Shown piece by piece: positions 24,836-37,345 of a stretch of 64,000 nucleotides of DNA (position 1 is the stretch's first letter; each line of letters opens with the position of its first letter). Source of the DNA: Malacoraja senta (lineage: Eukaryota); NCBI GenBank assembly GCA_038087875.1, contig CM075991.1:11534001-11598000 (forward strand), read 5' to 3'. A model generated the notes under the pieces. It was not told the origin of the DNA and searched no databases. It was given only the letters and a program-made list of their open reading frames with translations. Made by a program: the position numbers and the translations under genes.

Positions 24836-25636
24836 GCTGCCCGTGGCTGGACGTCTCCATCCAGGTCACACTGTCAATACACAACACAGTTGCTAATTCA
24901 CAAATAGTGCTCAAAGCACAGCCACAATTGCCCTTCAGCTGATCACTGCCAGACTGTGTGTACTCACCATTATTATGCAGACCTCCTGGTGTAGGGCATA
25001 CAAAACATTTATGACAAGGATCATTCATTTTCTTCTTATTATCAGCAATATGAACTCACATCAAATTTTATCAAAGAGGTGAGAGTGTTGAAAAACAATT
25101 GCTGGCTAACCACACAATTAAGAGTAATTGGATTAAACTTTGTCTTCCAACCCTAAGCAAAGCAGCTAAACGATTAAAAAAACACCTTTTCATACATATG
25201 AGGTGGAGGGGAGATCCTTTGACCAGCTGGCAAAGGGTTTGATGAGGAAAATTCCAATCAACATAGATCCAGGTTTCCTCTCCAAGGGCAAAAATGATGG
25301 TGGGATTGCCACTAATTTGTAGCCCTTCTCTCTTCTCCTGAGTGAGTGTGGTGTACACTAAACACTCACGCATCTCCCCGCTGCCTTCAGGTAGAAGGTA
25401 CAGGAGCCTGAAATCTGCAACATCCAGGGGTCAGGAATAGCTGCTTCCCCACAGCCATCAGGCTATTAAACTCAACTCAAACAAAACTCTGAACATTAAT
25501 ATCCCATTGCACTTTATATGTTATTTATGTGTGCGTATATATATATATTCAATGGTATATGGTCACATTGATCTGTGAATGTATTTATCTCTACTATACT
25601 CTGTTGTGCTGAAGCAAAGCAAGAATCATTGTCCTA

Positions 25637-25926
25637 GGTACACAAAAGTGCTGGAGAAACTCAGCGGGTGCAGCAGCATCTATGGAGCGAAGGAAATAGG
25701 CAACGTTTCGGGCCGAAACCCTGAAGGAAATAGGCAATGTTTCGGGACGAAACCCGGAAGGGTTTCGGGCCGAAACGTTGCCTATTTCCTTCGCTCCATA
25801 GATGCTGCTGCACCCGCTGAGTTTCTCCAGCAGGTACACAAAAATGCTGGAGAAACTCAGCGGGTGCAGCAGCATCTATGGAGCGAAGGAAACAGGCAAC
25901 ATTTCGGGCCGAAACCCTTCTTCAGA
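25637..25926. mobile_element. Composite Penelope-derived hammerhead element inserted in a LINE 3' UTR
   Basis: Palindromic arms plus a further partial arm, flanked by TCATTGTCCTA at 25626-25636 and 25951-25961. Confidence 0.75.
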
Positions 25927-26753
25927 CATGTGTCCCAGATAGGACAATTGTCATTGTCCTATCTGGGACACATGACAATGAACTCTCTTGAATCTTGAAC
26001 ATTTGGCCAGAGTCAAGACAAAAGTCTTTGGAAGCAGTTTATCCTCTGAAGGATGTCCGTGAACTGGCATCCTCTCCCCCCGACTCTCGGTCTGGAGAAG
26101 GGTCTTGGACTATCCTTGATCGGACTTTGCTGGCTTTACCTTGCACTAAACGTTATTCCCTTATCATGTATCTCTACACTGTAATGGCTCAATTGTAACT
26201 GGATTCGGCCGCGGGACTGACTTACTTCCCATCACCCGGCGGGGTCACAACATCGGAGGCCTGGATCGCCTCAACGCAGAGGGAGAACAAGGACGGAAGA
26301 GACAAGGACTTTAAGACTTTTGCCTTCCATCACAGTGAGAAGGACCTGGTGGACTCACTGTGGTGGATGTTAAATCTGTGTTTATTGTGTGTTTGGTTAT
26401 TTTATTCTCTGTTCTGACTGCAAGGCACGACATTTCGTCCAGACTGAAAAGTCTGAATGACAATAAAGGATACTTTGCTTTAATCATGTATTGTCTTTCC
26501 GCTGACTGGATAGCACGGCTACAGAAGCTTTTCACTGGACCTCGGTACATGTGACAATAAACTAAACTGGACTGAAAATGGGCGGATCGGGGGAGGGGGG
26601 GGGGGCACTCTACTGCATAAAAGAGAAGGCTTATGGTTGGTCCTCAAGGTTTGGCTGAAGGTAGACACAAAATGCTGGAGTAACTCAGCGGGACGGGCAG
26701 CATCTCTGGAGAGAAGGAATGGGTGACGTTTCGGGTCGAGACCGTTACTACTC

Positions 26754-26965
26754 AATGGACAATAGACAATAGACAATAGATGCAGGAGCAGGCCATTCGG
26801 CCCTTCGAGCCAGCACCGCCATTCAATGTGATCATGGCTGATCATCCCCAATCAGTACCCCGTTCCTGCCTTCTCCCCATATCCCCTGACTCCTCTATTT
26901 TTAAGAGCCCTATCTAGCTCTCTCTTGAAAGCATCCAGAGAACCGGCCTCAACCGCCCTCTGAGG
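26754..26965 (-). mobile_element. CR1 LINE 3' fragment
   Basis: Reverse-complement CR1 tail. Confidence 0.85.
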
Positions 26966-27319
26966 TGGAGGCAATGGGTTTGCGAGCATTGACGCAGGTT
27001 CGCAGGCAAGCAAACGCAACACAATGGAACTTCAGTGTCAAGTTGGACCCAATATGTGTTGGGGCCACCTCAGCTGGAATGAATGTGGAATTCACTGGAA
27101 TGGTTTGAGTCAATGTATTGGATTATTGAGGAGGAAGCTGGAGATGCACGTGGGGGAGATAAGGAGGTAATGATGGTGTGAGATGGACACAAAATGTTGG
27201 AGTAACTCAGTGGGACAGGCAGCATCTCTGGAGGGAACGAATGGGTGACGTTTTGGGTCGAGACTGGTGGACTCAGTGGTGGATGTTAAATCTGTGTTTA
27301 TTGTGTGTTTTGAGGAACA

Positions 27320-27857
27320 AATCTGAGGAAGGACATTATAGCCATAGAGGGAGTGCAGAGAAGGTTCACCAGACTGATTCCTGGGATGTCAGGACTTTCA
27401 TATGAAGAAAGACTGGATAGACTCGGCTTGTACTCGCTAGAATTTAGGAGATTGAGAGGGGATCTTATAGAAACGTACAAAATTCTTATGGGGTTGGACA
27501 GGCTAGATGCAGGAAGATTGTTCCCGATGTTGGGGAAGTCCAGGACAAGGGGTCACAGCTTAAGGATAAGGGGGAAATCCTTTAAGACCGAGATGAGGAA
27601 AAACTTTTTCACACAGAGAGTGGTGAATCTCTGGAACTCTCTGCCACAGAGGGTAGTTGAGGCCAGTTCATTGGCTATATTTAAGAGGGAGTTAGATGTG
27701 GCCCTTGTGGCTAAAGGGGATCAGGGGGTATGGAGAGAAGGCAGGTACGGGATACTGAGTTGGATGATCAGCCATGATCATATTAAATGGCGGTGCAGGC
27801 TCGAAGGGCCGAATGGCCTACTCCTGCACCTATTTTCTATGTATCTATGTATCTATG
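27320..27857 (+). mobile_element. CR1 LINE 3' fragment
   Basis: ORF 27353-27880 is the CR1 ORF2 C-terminus. Confidence 0.92.
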
Positions 27858-27994
27858 AGACCCTTCTTCCTATGGACTAGTGGAAGGAGGCTGAATATGG
27901 ACTAGAGTGCGGCCCAAAGAGAATGTCTCCTCATTGTATGTTCAATATTATTCTTTTCCCACTCAATTTAAGACTGATCTGTGCTTGTGTTTAT

Positions 27995-28455
27995 GAAGGA
28001 ACTGCAGATGCTGGAAAATCGAAGGTAGACAAAAAGTGCTGGAGAAACTCAGCGGGTGCAGCAGCATCTATGGAGCGAAGGAAATAGGCAACGTTTCGGG
28101 CAGAAACCCTTCTTCAGACTGAAGGAAATAGGCAACGTTTCGGCCCGAAACCCTTCTTCAGACTGGAGGAAATAGGCAACGTTTCGGGCCGAAACCCTTC
28201 TTCAGACTGAAGGAAATAGGCAACGTTTCGGCCCGAAACCCTTCTTCAGACTGGAGGAAATAGGCAACGTTTCGGCCCGAAACCCTTCTTCAGACTGAAG
28301 GAAATAGGCAACGTTTCGGGCCGAAACCCGGAAGGGTTTCGCCCCGAAACGTTGCCTATTTCCTTCGCTCCATAGATGCTGCTGCACCCTCTGAGTTTCT
28401 CCAGCACTTTTGTCTACCTGCGATTTTCCAGCATCTGCAGTTCCTTCTTAAACAC
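27995..28455. mobile_element. Palindromic Penelope-derived element with five minus-strand tandem hammerhead-core units
   Basis: Inverted arms AAGGAACTGCAGATGCTGGAAAATCG...CGATTTTCCAGCATCTGCAGTTCCTT, TCTTCAG repeated at 44-bp spacing from 28111, same central junction. Confidence 0.8.
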
Positions 28456-29028
28456 AAGGATCCACGCCTGTTTCTGGCACATAGTCTTGGAAAGGTGGCG
28501 GGATTCCTAAGACAGCGGGATCCCCCTCTGCTCCTCTTCCTTCCCCAACAGTGCAGGAGGCATCTCTGGTGCATGATGACGACGACCGAGAGGATTGCCC
28601 CGTGAGCTTGGACCCTGCGGACCGAACAAGAATAGGGTGAAGTCATTGTTAAATCACGCTCCCCCCCACCCCCACCCCTCACTGAATTTTCAAAGATTCT
28701 GCAGAGGAGACAGGAGGGAGAGGAAAGAGCAACTGGGTCTCAGATAATCTAGAGCAGTCTGCAACTGACTTTGAACTGTTGACAGGAATGCACAGCTGCC
28801 GATGGACTTCTTCATTGTCCCTGTGTGGAGCCGCCCCCATGACCGAGAAAGGGCCGTTGGGTCTTTGGCCGTTCCAGCAGGATATTGTCAGTGGAGAGGT
28901 TGCAAGCCCAGACGCCCCCCGGTGAACGTGAAGAGATTCCGTCGTGCATTTTACTACCTCAAGCAGCCCCAAAGTTCTCAGTAATTTGTGAGGTGCCTTC
29001 TGGAGTACAGTCATAGTTGTGTGCAGCT

Positions 29029-29410
29029 AAGTAAGTAAGTAAGTAAGTTTATTGGCCAGGTATTCACATACAAGGAATTTGCCTTGGTGCTCCGCCCACA
29101 AGTAACAACATGACATACAGTGACAGTTACGAACAACTCAGAAAACACTAAACGTTAATAATAATAAAACATTAATGTTAAACACCATTGATCAAGCATG
29201 GGAACCAACAAAATACAGGATCAGAGGGAGGCTACAGATTTTTGGCTGTTGAATGGAGCAACTACTCGTGGATAAAAACAGTTTTTATGTCTGGCTGTGG
29301 CAGCTTTGACAGTCCGGAGTCGCCTTCCAGAGGGAAGTGATTCAAAGAGTTTGTGCCCAGGGGTGAGAGGGGTCAGAGGTGATCTTGCCCGCTCACTTCC
29401 TGGCCCTTGC
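29029..29410 (-). mobile_element. Rex1/Babar-like LINE 3' fragment
   Basis: HKLFESLPSGRRLRTVKAATARHKNCFYP, with an (ACTT)n tail at 29029-29048. Confidence 0.65.
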
Positions 29411-29443
29411 AGTGTAACTCCCACAATGGTGAGAATCCGGGCG

Positions 29444-29735
29444 GGCACGGTGGCGCAGGTGTAGAGTGGCTGCCTCACAGCGCCAGAGACATGGGTTCAA
29501 TCCTGAATATGGGTGCTGTCTGTACGGAGTTTGCACGTTCTCCCTGTGATCGCGTGGGTTTTCTCTGGTTGCGCCGGTTTCCTCCCACACTCCAAAGACG
29601 TGCAGGTTTGTAGGTTGATTGGTTCAGTGAAAAATTATCCCTAGCGTGTGTAGGATTGAAATAGTGATCGCCGGTCGGCATGGACCCGGTGGGCCAAAGG
29701 GCCTGTTTCCACGCTGTATCTTTAAATTAAACTGA
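29444..29735 (+). mobile_element. tRNA-derived SINE (V-SINE-like)
   Basis: Same head, central domain and tail. Confidence 0.85.
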
Positions 29736-30065
29736 TTCATGGAGAGAGATCTCCTCTGCTAGACACAGTGGTGTGGTGTACAGGAGAGGTGGCATGGTGC
29801 CTGCAGGAAGGAACTGCAGACGCTGGTTTAAACCGAAGATAGACACACAAAGCTGGGGTAACTCAGCAGGACAGGCAGCATCTCTGGAGAGAAGGAATGG
29901 GTGACGTTTCGGGTCGAGAACTCTCTTCGGACACATGGCATGGTTTAATGTTTGATCTGTAGGATGTCATCTCCACTGCAGCACTCCCCTCAGTAATCCA
30001 GTGAGAACATCCTTGTAGGGCATGTGAAATGGGAACCACATCCTTCTGGATGAGAGGCAAGGATA

Positions 30066-30500
30066 ATGGCTGGGCTTGTACACTTTGGAGTTTGGAAGGA
30101 TGAGAGGGGTCCTTATTGAAACATATAACATTGTTAAGTGCTTGGACACGCTAGAGGCAGGAAACATGTTCCCGATGTTGGGGGAGTCCAGAACCAGGGG
30201 CCACACAGTTTAAGAATAAGGGGGAGGCCATTTAGAACGGAGACGAGGAAACACTTTTTCTCACAGAGAGTTGTGAGTCTGTGGAATTCTCTGCCTCAGA
30301 GGGCGGTGGAGGCCGGTTCTCTGGATACTTTCAACAGAGAGCTAGATAGGGCTCTTAAAGATAGTGGAGTACAGGGGATATGGGGTGAAGGCAGGAACGG
30401 GGTACTGATTGGGGATGATCAGCCATGATCACATTGAATGGCGGTGCTGGCTCGAAGGGCCAAATTGCCTACTCCTGCACCTATTGTCTATTATCTATTT
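30066..30500 (+). mobile_element. CR1 LINE 3' fragment
   Basis: HSLRIRGRPFRTETRKHFFSQRVVSLWNSLP. Confidence 0.9.
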
Positions 30501-30979
30501 TCTATTATACCACCATCTATTGTTATTAACGCAAGTTGAACTAGAACACTTGCTCCCTGCAGCTGCATTGGAGGCCTTCTGCAAAGTGCGGTCCCATGCA
30601 ATATTGTGCTGCATTCTATACAGGGGGCACTGAGACAGATGAGGCAGCAAGTGATCAGGTAGAGGGGTGATGGAGGGCTTTGTTCCCCTTTAGATGAAGG
30701 GAATAGAGGAGTGGGGACCAAGAAGCTGCTGTTTGATTTTCAGGGGATGGCATAACTCGGGCTCATTCCCCAACATCAAACAGCTTCCTCAATGGGATTC
30801 CAGGCAAATAACTACTGCAGCCTAAAATAGGCAGATATGTCGACACTCACACACAGAATAGAAATGTGAGCCAAAGGAATAAACCCACCATGATCACAGG
30901 AGAGATTGTCCCTCGAAAGGGAATAGCATGTCGCTAATGTACAGAACTCACTGGAATCTGAAACAGGGATGGCACAGTG

Positions 30980-31158
30980 CTCTCTCTCTCTCTCCCCCTC
31001 TCACTCGCTCTCTCTCTCTCTCTCTCCCCCTCTCACTCGCTCTCTCTCTCCCCTCACTCGCTCTCTCTCTCTCTCGCTCTCTCTCTCCCTCTCTCTCTCT
31101 CTCCCCCTCTCACTCTCTCCCTCTCTCCCCCTCTCTCTCTCCCTCTCTCTCTCTCCCC

Positions 31159-31189
<31 letters not shown>

Positions 31190-31317
31190 CCCCTCTCTCA
31201 CTCTCGCTCTCTCTCGCTCTCTCTCGCTCTCTCTCTCCCCCTCTCACTCACTCTTTCTCTCACTCTCTCCCACCTCTCTCTCTCTCTCCCTCTCTCTCTC
31301 TCCCCCTCTCTCTCGCT
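30980..31317. repeat. Imperfect (CT)n microsatellite abutting the gap
   Basis: Seen directly. Confidence 0.95.
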
Positions 31318-31517
31318 NNNNNNNNNNNNNNNNNNNNNNNNNNNNNNNNNNNNNNNNNNNNNNNNNNNNNNNNNNNNNNNNNNNNNNNNNNNNNNNNNNN
31401 NNNNNNNNNNNNNNNNNNNNNNNNNNNNNNNNNNNNNNNNNNNNNNNNNNNNNNNNNNNNNNNNNNNNNNNNNNNNNNNNNNNNNNNNNNNNNNNNNNNN
31501 NNNNNNNNNNNNNNNNN
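31318..31517. other. Assembly gap of 200 N
   Basis: Seen directly. The round length suggests a placeholder of unknown true size. Confidence 0.98.
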
Positions 31518-31601
31518 GTCTGAAAAAGGGTGTTGACCCGAAACATGGCGATGGGCTGAGTAGCCTGCTTTTCCGGCTTGCCCACTCTGTGAGAACCCTG
31601 T

Positions 31602-31895
31602 GTTAAGAATAAGGGGTAAGCCATTTAGAACGGAGACGAGGAAACACTTTTTCTCACAGAGAATGGTGAGTCTGTGGAATTCTCTGCCTCAGAGGGCGGT
31701 GGAGGCAGGTTCTCTGGATGCTTTCAAGAGAGAGCTAGATAGGGCTCTTAAAGATAGCAGAGTCAGGGGATATGGGGGAGAAGGCAGGAACGGGGTACTG
31801 ATTGGGGATGATCAGCTGTGATCGCATTGAATGGTGGTGCTGGCTCGAAGGGCCGAATGGCCTACTCCTGCACCTATTGCCTATTGTCTATTGTC
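31602..31895 (+). mobile_element. CR1 LINE 3' fragment
   Basis: Same family as 941-1306. Confidence 0.88.
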
Positions 31896-32451
31896 TGTGC
31901 CTGAGGTGCTGGCTGGGGTGGGGCGGATGCTGGGTGCCCGTGTACTGATCGCTGGTTGCAGGGGGAGGTCGGGGGGAGTAGGGGTGGGGGGGGAGCAGTT
32001 CTGACATACCCAGTAATACTCCCTGTAACGGTGAGTTTAAAGCTGGATATGGCAGCACGGTGTAGCCGGGATCATCAATCATCTCATCAAAGCCAGACAT
32101 GATAAAAGCAAAATATAACGGCTCCGAAAAATACTTCTGTAACTCGGCCTCGTATCTGCAGTGGGGAAATTGGGCTCATAAATCAAAGAGGCTTGTTGCA
32201 GTCAGTCCAAGTCTGGGAACGCCAGCCTTTGCTGTTACTCCTCAGAGCTCAGCCAGGTAATTTAGCAAATGCCAAATGAACAAATATCTTGTCTTTCCCC
32301 TGACTGTGAGAGTGGAAACAGAGAATGGTTCATTAAATGGACACACCTGTGATAATGCCAGGGTCTGTACAGGTGAAGGAAAAATGTTTCCGATCTTTCC
32401 TTCCCCTGCTTTGAGTAAATTTGTTCTGGTAACTAAACCATCCCCTGGTAA

Positions 32452-32872
32452 CAAAGGTCAGTGTGGGAATGGGAGGGGGAGTTAAAGTGTTTAGCAACCA
32501 GGAGATCACATGGGCTTAGGCAGACTGAGTGGAGGTGTTTGGCGAAACGATCTCCGAGCCTGTGCTCGGTCTCGCAGACGTACAGGTGTTCACACCTGGA
32601 ACAGTGGCTACAGTAACTGTGTTTGGAGGAGGTGCAAGTGAACCTCTGCCTCACCTAAAAGGACAGTCGGGGTCCTTGGACGGAGTCCAGGTGGGCGGTA
32701 AAGGTACAGGTGTTGCATCTCCTGCGGCTGCAGGGGAAGGTACCTGGGGAGGGGGTGGTTTGGGTGGGAAGGGACGAGTTGACCAGGGAGCGGTCTCAGC
32801 GGAAAGAGGAAAGGGGTTGGAGATGGGAAGATGTGGCTAGTGGTGGGATCCCGTTGGAGGTGGCGAAACTGC
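32452..32872 (-). mobile_element. Penelope-like retroelement fragment, GIY-YIG endonuclease domain (degenerate)
   Basis: ORF 32433-32654 reads FTCTSSKHSYCSHCSRCEHLYVCETEHRLGDRFAKHLHSV...VAKHFNSPSHSHTDL, matching the PLE pattern FTC..(IY)C..C..C..(YIG)ET.R....R..EH...HF. Confidence 0.85.
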
Positions 32873-33559
32873 CACTGGATCTGGGTCAGTTCCCCAACGC
32901 CACACTCCCATAGTGTCCTATCCTCCCAGCAACCCCCCTCCCTCCTCACAACCCCCCCCCCCCCCATACACCCACCACCCTCTCAGTTCCAGATTCCAAA
33001 CCCTCAGAATGAAAACAATCCCATAAGGTCATAAGCGAAAGGATCTGAATTAGGCCATTCGGCCCATCAAGTCTACTCCGCCATTCAACCATGACTGATC
33101 TATCTCTCCCTCTCAACCCCATTCTCCTGCCTTCTCCCCATAATCCCTGACACCCGTCCTAATCAACAATCTATCTATCTCGGCATTAAAAATAACTATT
33201 GACGGCCTCCACGGCCGTCTGTGGCAATGAATCCCACAGATTCACCACCCTGTACAATATCTTGCCCACCCTCCAGCTTTAGACGTCTCCAGGGTAGAGA
33301 AGGTTCTCACTGGACATACCATCACTCAGTAGACCTCCCTCAGGCTCCTCTATCTCCACTCCTGCTTGCACTCCAGACAATCCTGAATCATGTTGGAGAA
33401 AAAGAGGGATTCACTGAATCAGTTGGAGGAGTGGGGGGGATAGAGGGATCTTAGCATCAAACAGCAGACCAGAAAAGCCCCAGACCAAAAGCTGTGTAGA
33501 TGAACCGCAGATAGGCGAAACGATGGATAGAAAATGGTGCAGATAAACAGATAAGAATA

Positions 33560-33800
33560 GGTCATGGTGGCGCAGTGGTAGAGTTGCTGCCCTACAGCAA
33601 ATGCAGCGCCAGAGACCTGGGTTCGATCCCGACTACAGGTGCTGTCTGTGTGGAGTTTGTACGTTCTCCCCGTGATCTGCGTGGGTTTTCTCCGAGATCT
33701 TCGGTTTCCTCCCACACTCCAAAGACGTGCAGGTTTGTAGGTTAATTGGCTTGATAAATGTAAAAAATAAAATAGTCCCGTATTAAAATTGTCCAGTGCT
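33560..33800 (+). mobile_element. tRNA-derived SINE, 3'-truncated
   Basis: TGGCGCAGTGG and GGTTCGATCCC boxes plus central domain. Confidence 0.82.
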
Positions 33801-34449
33801 GAATGATGCTCTGCCTAGCAGTTTTCAGCGTACTACATCCAGATCCAGGTGTAGGAAAGAACTGCAGATGTTGGTTTAAACGGGAGGTAAACATCTGCAG
33901 GACCTTCCTTCACATAAATTCACCCTTTACTTTGACACACAACACCGGGGGAAACTTTAGCCAGAGTGTGAAACTCACTTCAGAGGGAGTGACTGGAAGC
34001 TAATGGGATGTAGGGGGACAGATAAGGTGCTGGTAATAATGAGAGGGGTGCAGGCTGCTGTAGAGCAGGAGGGCCAGCAAGGATTAGAAGGGCCAAACGG
34101 CCTGGTACGTTCAATATTATCTAACGCTGTGAATGCATTCAGCACGCTGGGATTTAAATTGGCAATTAAATTCGAATCCTGCCTGTGCGGGTATTATCTG
34201 TGATAATTTGTATGCTCTGTGAGAGAGCAGGATTAAAACACAAGCTTAAAACAATTGGAGGAGATTAGATTCACCGAACACTCGACACACATGGAAATGA
34301 GAAGTTAAAGAACAGTAATCAGTTGATGACAAGTGATATTTCCCTCCCGCAGGGCTGTCTACTGCTCAATTAATCATCCCTGCATCAACCTAGCAGCAAG
34401 CACATTTTTATTTCTCCCCATTTCGCTTGTTCTTGGATAGATTTTCACT

Positions 34450-35003
34450 TACAGCTGGTAGAGCTGCTGCCTCATAATGCCTCACAGTTCCCATCAGAAC
34501 CGCCCCCTCCATCGACTCTTTTAAGTCAAGACTAAAGACTTATCTATACTCCCAAGCCTTTCCTGACGTCCTCTGAGTGAGGGCTACATGTATATATGTA
34601 TGTAGTTTGTTTTGTTTATGCTATTCTTATAACAAATGTAAAGCACTTTGGCCAACGAGAGTTGTTTTTTAAATGTGCTATATAAATAAATGTGACTTGA
34701 CTGGACTTGACAGAGACCCCGGATCGATCCTGGCCTCGGCTGCTGTCTGCACAGAGTTTGCACGGTCTCCCTGTGACCGCGTAGGTTTCCTCCGGGTGCT
34801 GCGGTTTCTTCCCACATCCCAAAGAGACGTGCAGATTTGTAGGTTGATTGGCTGCTGTAAATTATCCTCGGCGTGTGTCGGGAGTGGATGAGAAAGTGGG
34901 ACAACATAGAACTAGTGCGAAGGGTGATCGATGGTCAGCATGGACTCGGTGGGCCGAAGGGCCTGTTTCCGTGCTGTGTCTCCAAACCAAACTGAACTGA
35001 CCA
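34450..35003 (+). mobile_element. tRNA-derived SINE split by an L2-like insertion
   Basis: Head CAGCTGGTAGAGCTGCTGCCTCA at ~34452. The body resumes CAGAGACCCCGGATCGATCC at ~34711. Confidence 0.7.
34522..34710 (+). mobile_element. L2-like LINE 3' end inserted in a SINE; near-identical copy at 45940-46128, diverged copy at 43415-43602
   Basis: FKSRLKTYL-like terminus and (GACTT)n tail. The two copies align almost base for base. Confidence 0.6.
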
Positions 35004-36538
35004 AAACGGTGCGGGAAGGAACTGCAGATGCTGGTTTAAACCGAAGATGGACACAAATTGCTGGAGTAACTCAGCGGGACAGGCAGCATCTCTGGAGAGA
35101 AGGAATGGGCGACGTTTTTGGTCGAAGCTGAAGCATAAACCCCCCTCTTTCTTCACGGATGCCGCCTGCCCTGCTGGGTGTTTCTGGCATTTTCTCTCTT
35201 TATTCAAGTTTTCCAGCACCTGTAGAAGGGTCCCGACCCGAATTGTCACTCATCCATGTTGTCCAGAGGTGCTGCCTGACCCGCTGAGTTACTCCAGCAC
35301 TTTGTGTCTTTCTCTGTGTTCATGCAGCCCGGACTGAGAGCAGTTTCAGTTTCAGTTTCAGTTTTCGTTTATTATCGCATGTACCGAGCTACAGTGAAAA
35401 GCTTTTATTGCGTGCTATCCAGTCAGCAGAAAGACAGTACATCAGTTTGCATTCAGGCCGTCCACAGTGTACAGATACGTGATCAGGGAATGTGTTGGAA
35501 GGAACTGCAGATGCTGGTTTACACCAAAGATAGACACAAATGCTGGAGTAACTCAGCGGGACAGGTGATGTCACTGGATAGAAGGAATGGCTATTCCTTC
35601 TCTCCAGAGATGCTGCCTGTCCCGCTGAGTTACTCCAGCATTTCGTGTCCATATTCATGATAAGGGAATAACGTTTAGCGCAAGGTAAAGAGGACGAGGT
35701 GGGAACCATGTTCTGGAGCTCACTAGGCCGCAGTGACCTCTGTAACCCATGGCAACGGCCGGGGCCTACGGTTCAGGCTTGCCAGCCTCCTTCCTGCAGA
35801 GCCGGGCCTAGCCTGTCCCCTAGCCTGCCTTGTGTAATTTGACTAAAACTGAGGTTGAAGCCAGGCTGCATGACGCCACATATCAACATTTTATTGCCTG
35901 ACAGTTTACAGCGCAGTGAATTTGGCAAAGCTTGTAGGCAGCAAACCTTTGTTTCATTCCTCATTGAAGTGCGGGGCCTGTGACGGGTCTGGCCCTGCAG
36001 CAGCCTGAGATGTTATTAAGAAGTTGCAGGATATTGGTTAAGGCGACTGGGTCATCGATCTTGCTTTGATGTTAGCGAGGCAGCGAATATGAGGGGTTGT
36101 CAGAGGCGGGAGGGGAGGAGGCTGTGTGTGATGGTGGGGGGGGAGTAGAGGGCTGTGTGGGGGGGGGAGGGGAGGGGTGGGGGCTGTGTGTGGTGGTGGG
36201 GAGTAGTGGGGGCTGTGTGTGTGGTGTGGGCTGTGTGCGGGTTGGTGGGAGCGGTGGGGGCTGTGTGTGGTAGAGGAGAGGGAGGGGTGTGGTCCTTGTG
36301 GGGTGGGGAAAGGGGAGAGGTAAGGGCTGTGTTCAGGTGGGGGGGGGGGGATGTCGGGGAGGTTGTGGAGGGGAGGGGAGGAGAGTTATGGCAGTGCTGA
36401 CAGTGAGGTATTCCTTTAGTTTATTGTCAGCCCAGAGCTGGTGTCACAGACAGGCCTATAAATCACGGGCAACACAGCCCAAACACCTCCTTGGCTGACA
36501 GGCCTACATAATCAGTCTGTACTGCAGTCTGTAGGAAC

Positions 36539-37345
36539 CCTGCCTCTCCCCCTGCCCTCTCCCCCTGCCCTCTCCCCCTGCCCTCTCCTCAACCCTCTCC
36601 CCCTGCCCTCTCCTCATCTCCCCCTGCCCTCTCCCCCTGCCCTCTCCCCCTTCCCTCTCCTCATCCCTCTCCCCCTGCCCTCTCCCCCTTCCCTCTCCTC
36701 ATCCCTCTCCCCTGCCCTCTCCCCCTGCCCTCTCCTCATCCCTCTCCCCCTGACCTCTCCCCCTGCCCTCTCCCCTGCTCTCTCCCCCTGCCCTCTCCCC
36801 CTGCACTCTCCTCATCCCTCTCCCACTCTCCTCATCCCTCTCCCCCTGCCCTCTCCCCCTGCCCTCTCCCCCTGCCCTCTCCTCATCCCTCTCCCCCTGC
36901 CCTCTCCCCCTGCACTCTCCTCATCCCTCTCCCCCTGCCCTTTCCCCCTGCCCTCTCCTCATCCCTGTCCCCTTCCCTCTCCCCCTGCCCTCTCCTCATC
37001 CCTCTCCCCCTGCACTCTCCTCATCCCTCTCCCCCTGCACTCTCCCCTGCCCTCTCCCCCTGCCCTCTCCCCCTGCCCTCTCCTCATCCATTTCCCCCTG
37101 CACTCTCCTCATCCCTCTCCCCCTGCCCTTTCCCCCTGCCCTCTCCTCATCCCTGTCCCCTTCCCTCTCCCCCTGCCCTCTCCTCATCCCTCTCCCCCTG
37201 CACTCTCCTCATCCCTCTCCCCCTGCCCTCTCCCCCTGCCCTCTCCCCCGCCCTCTCCTCATCCATCTCCCCCTGCACTCTCCTCATCCCTCTCCCCCTG
37301 CCCTCTCCCCCTGCCCTCTCCTCATCCCTCTCCCCTTCCCCCCCC
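36539..37345. repeat. Pyrimidine-rich minisatellite (CCCTCTCCCCCTG / CCCTCTCCTCAT units)
   Basis: Seen directly. Confidence 0.95.

Noticed and set aside
30928..31624. Ser/Leu-rich and Arg/Glu-rich ORFs
   Set aside because: They are the CT microsatellite running into the N gap.
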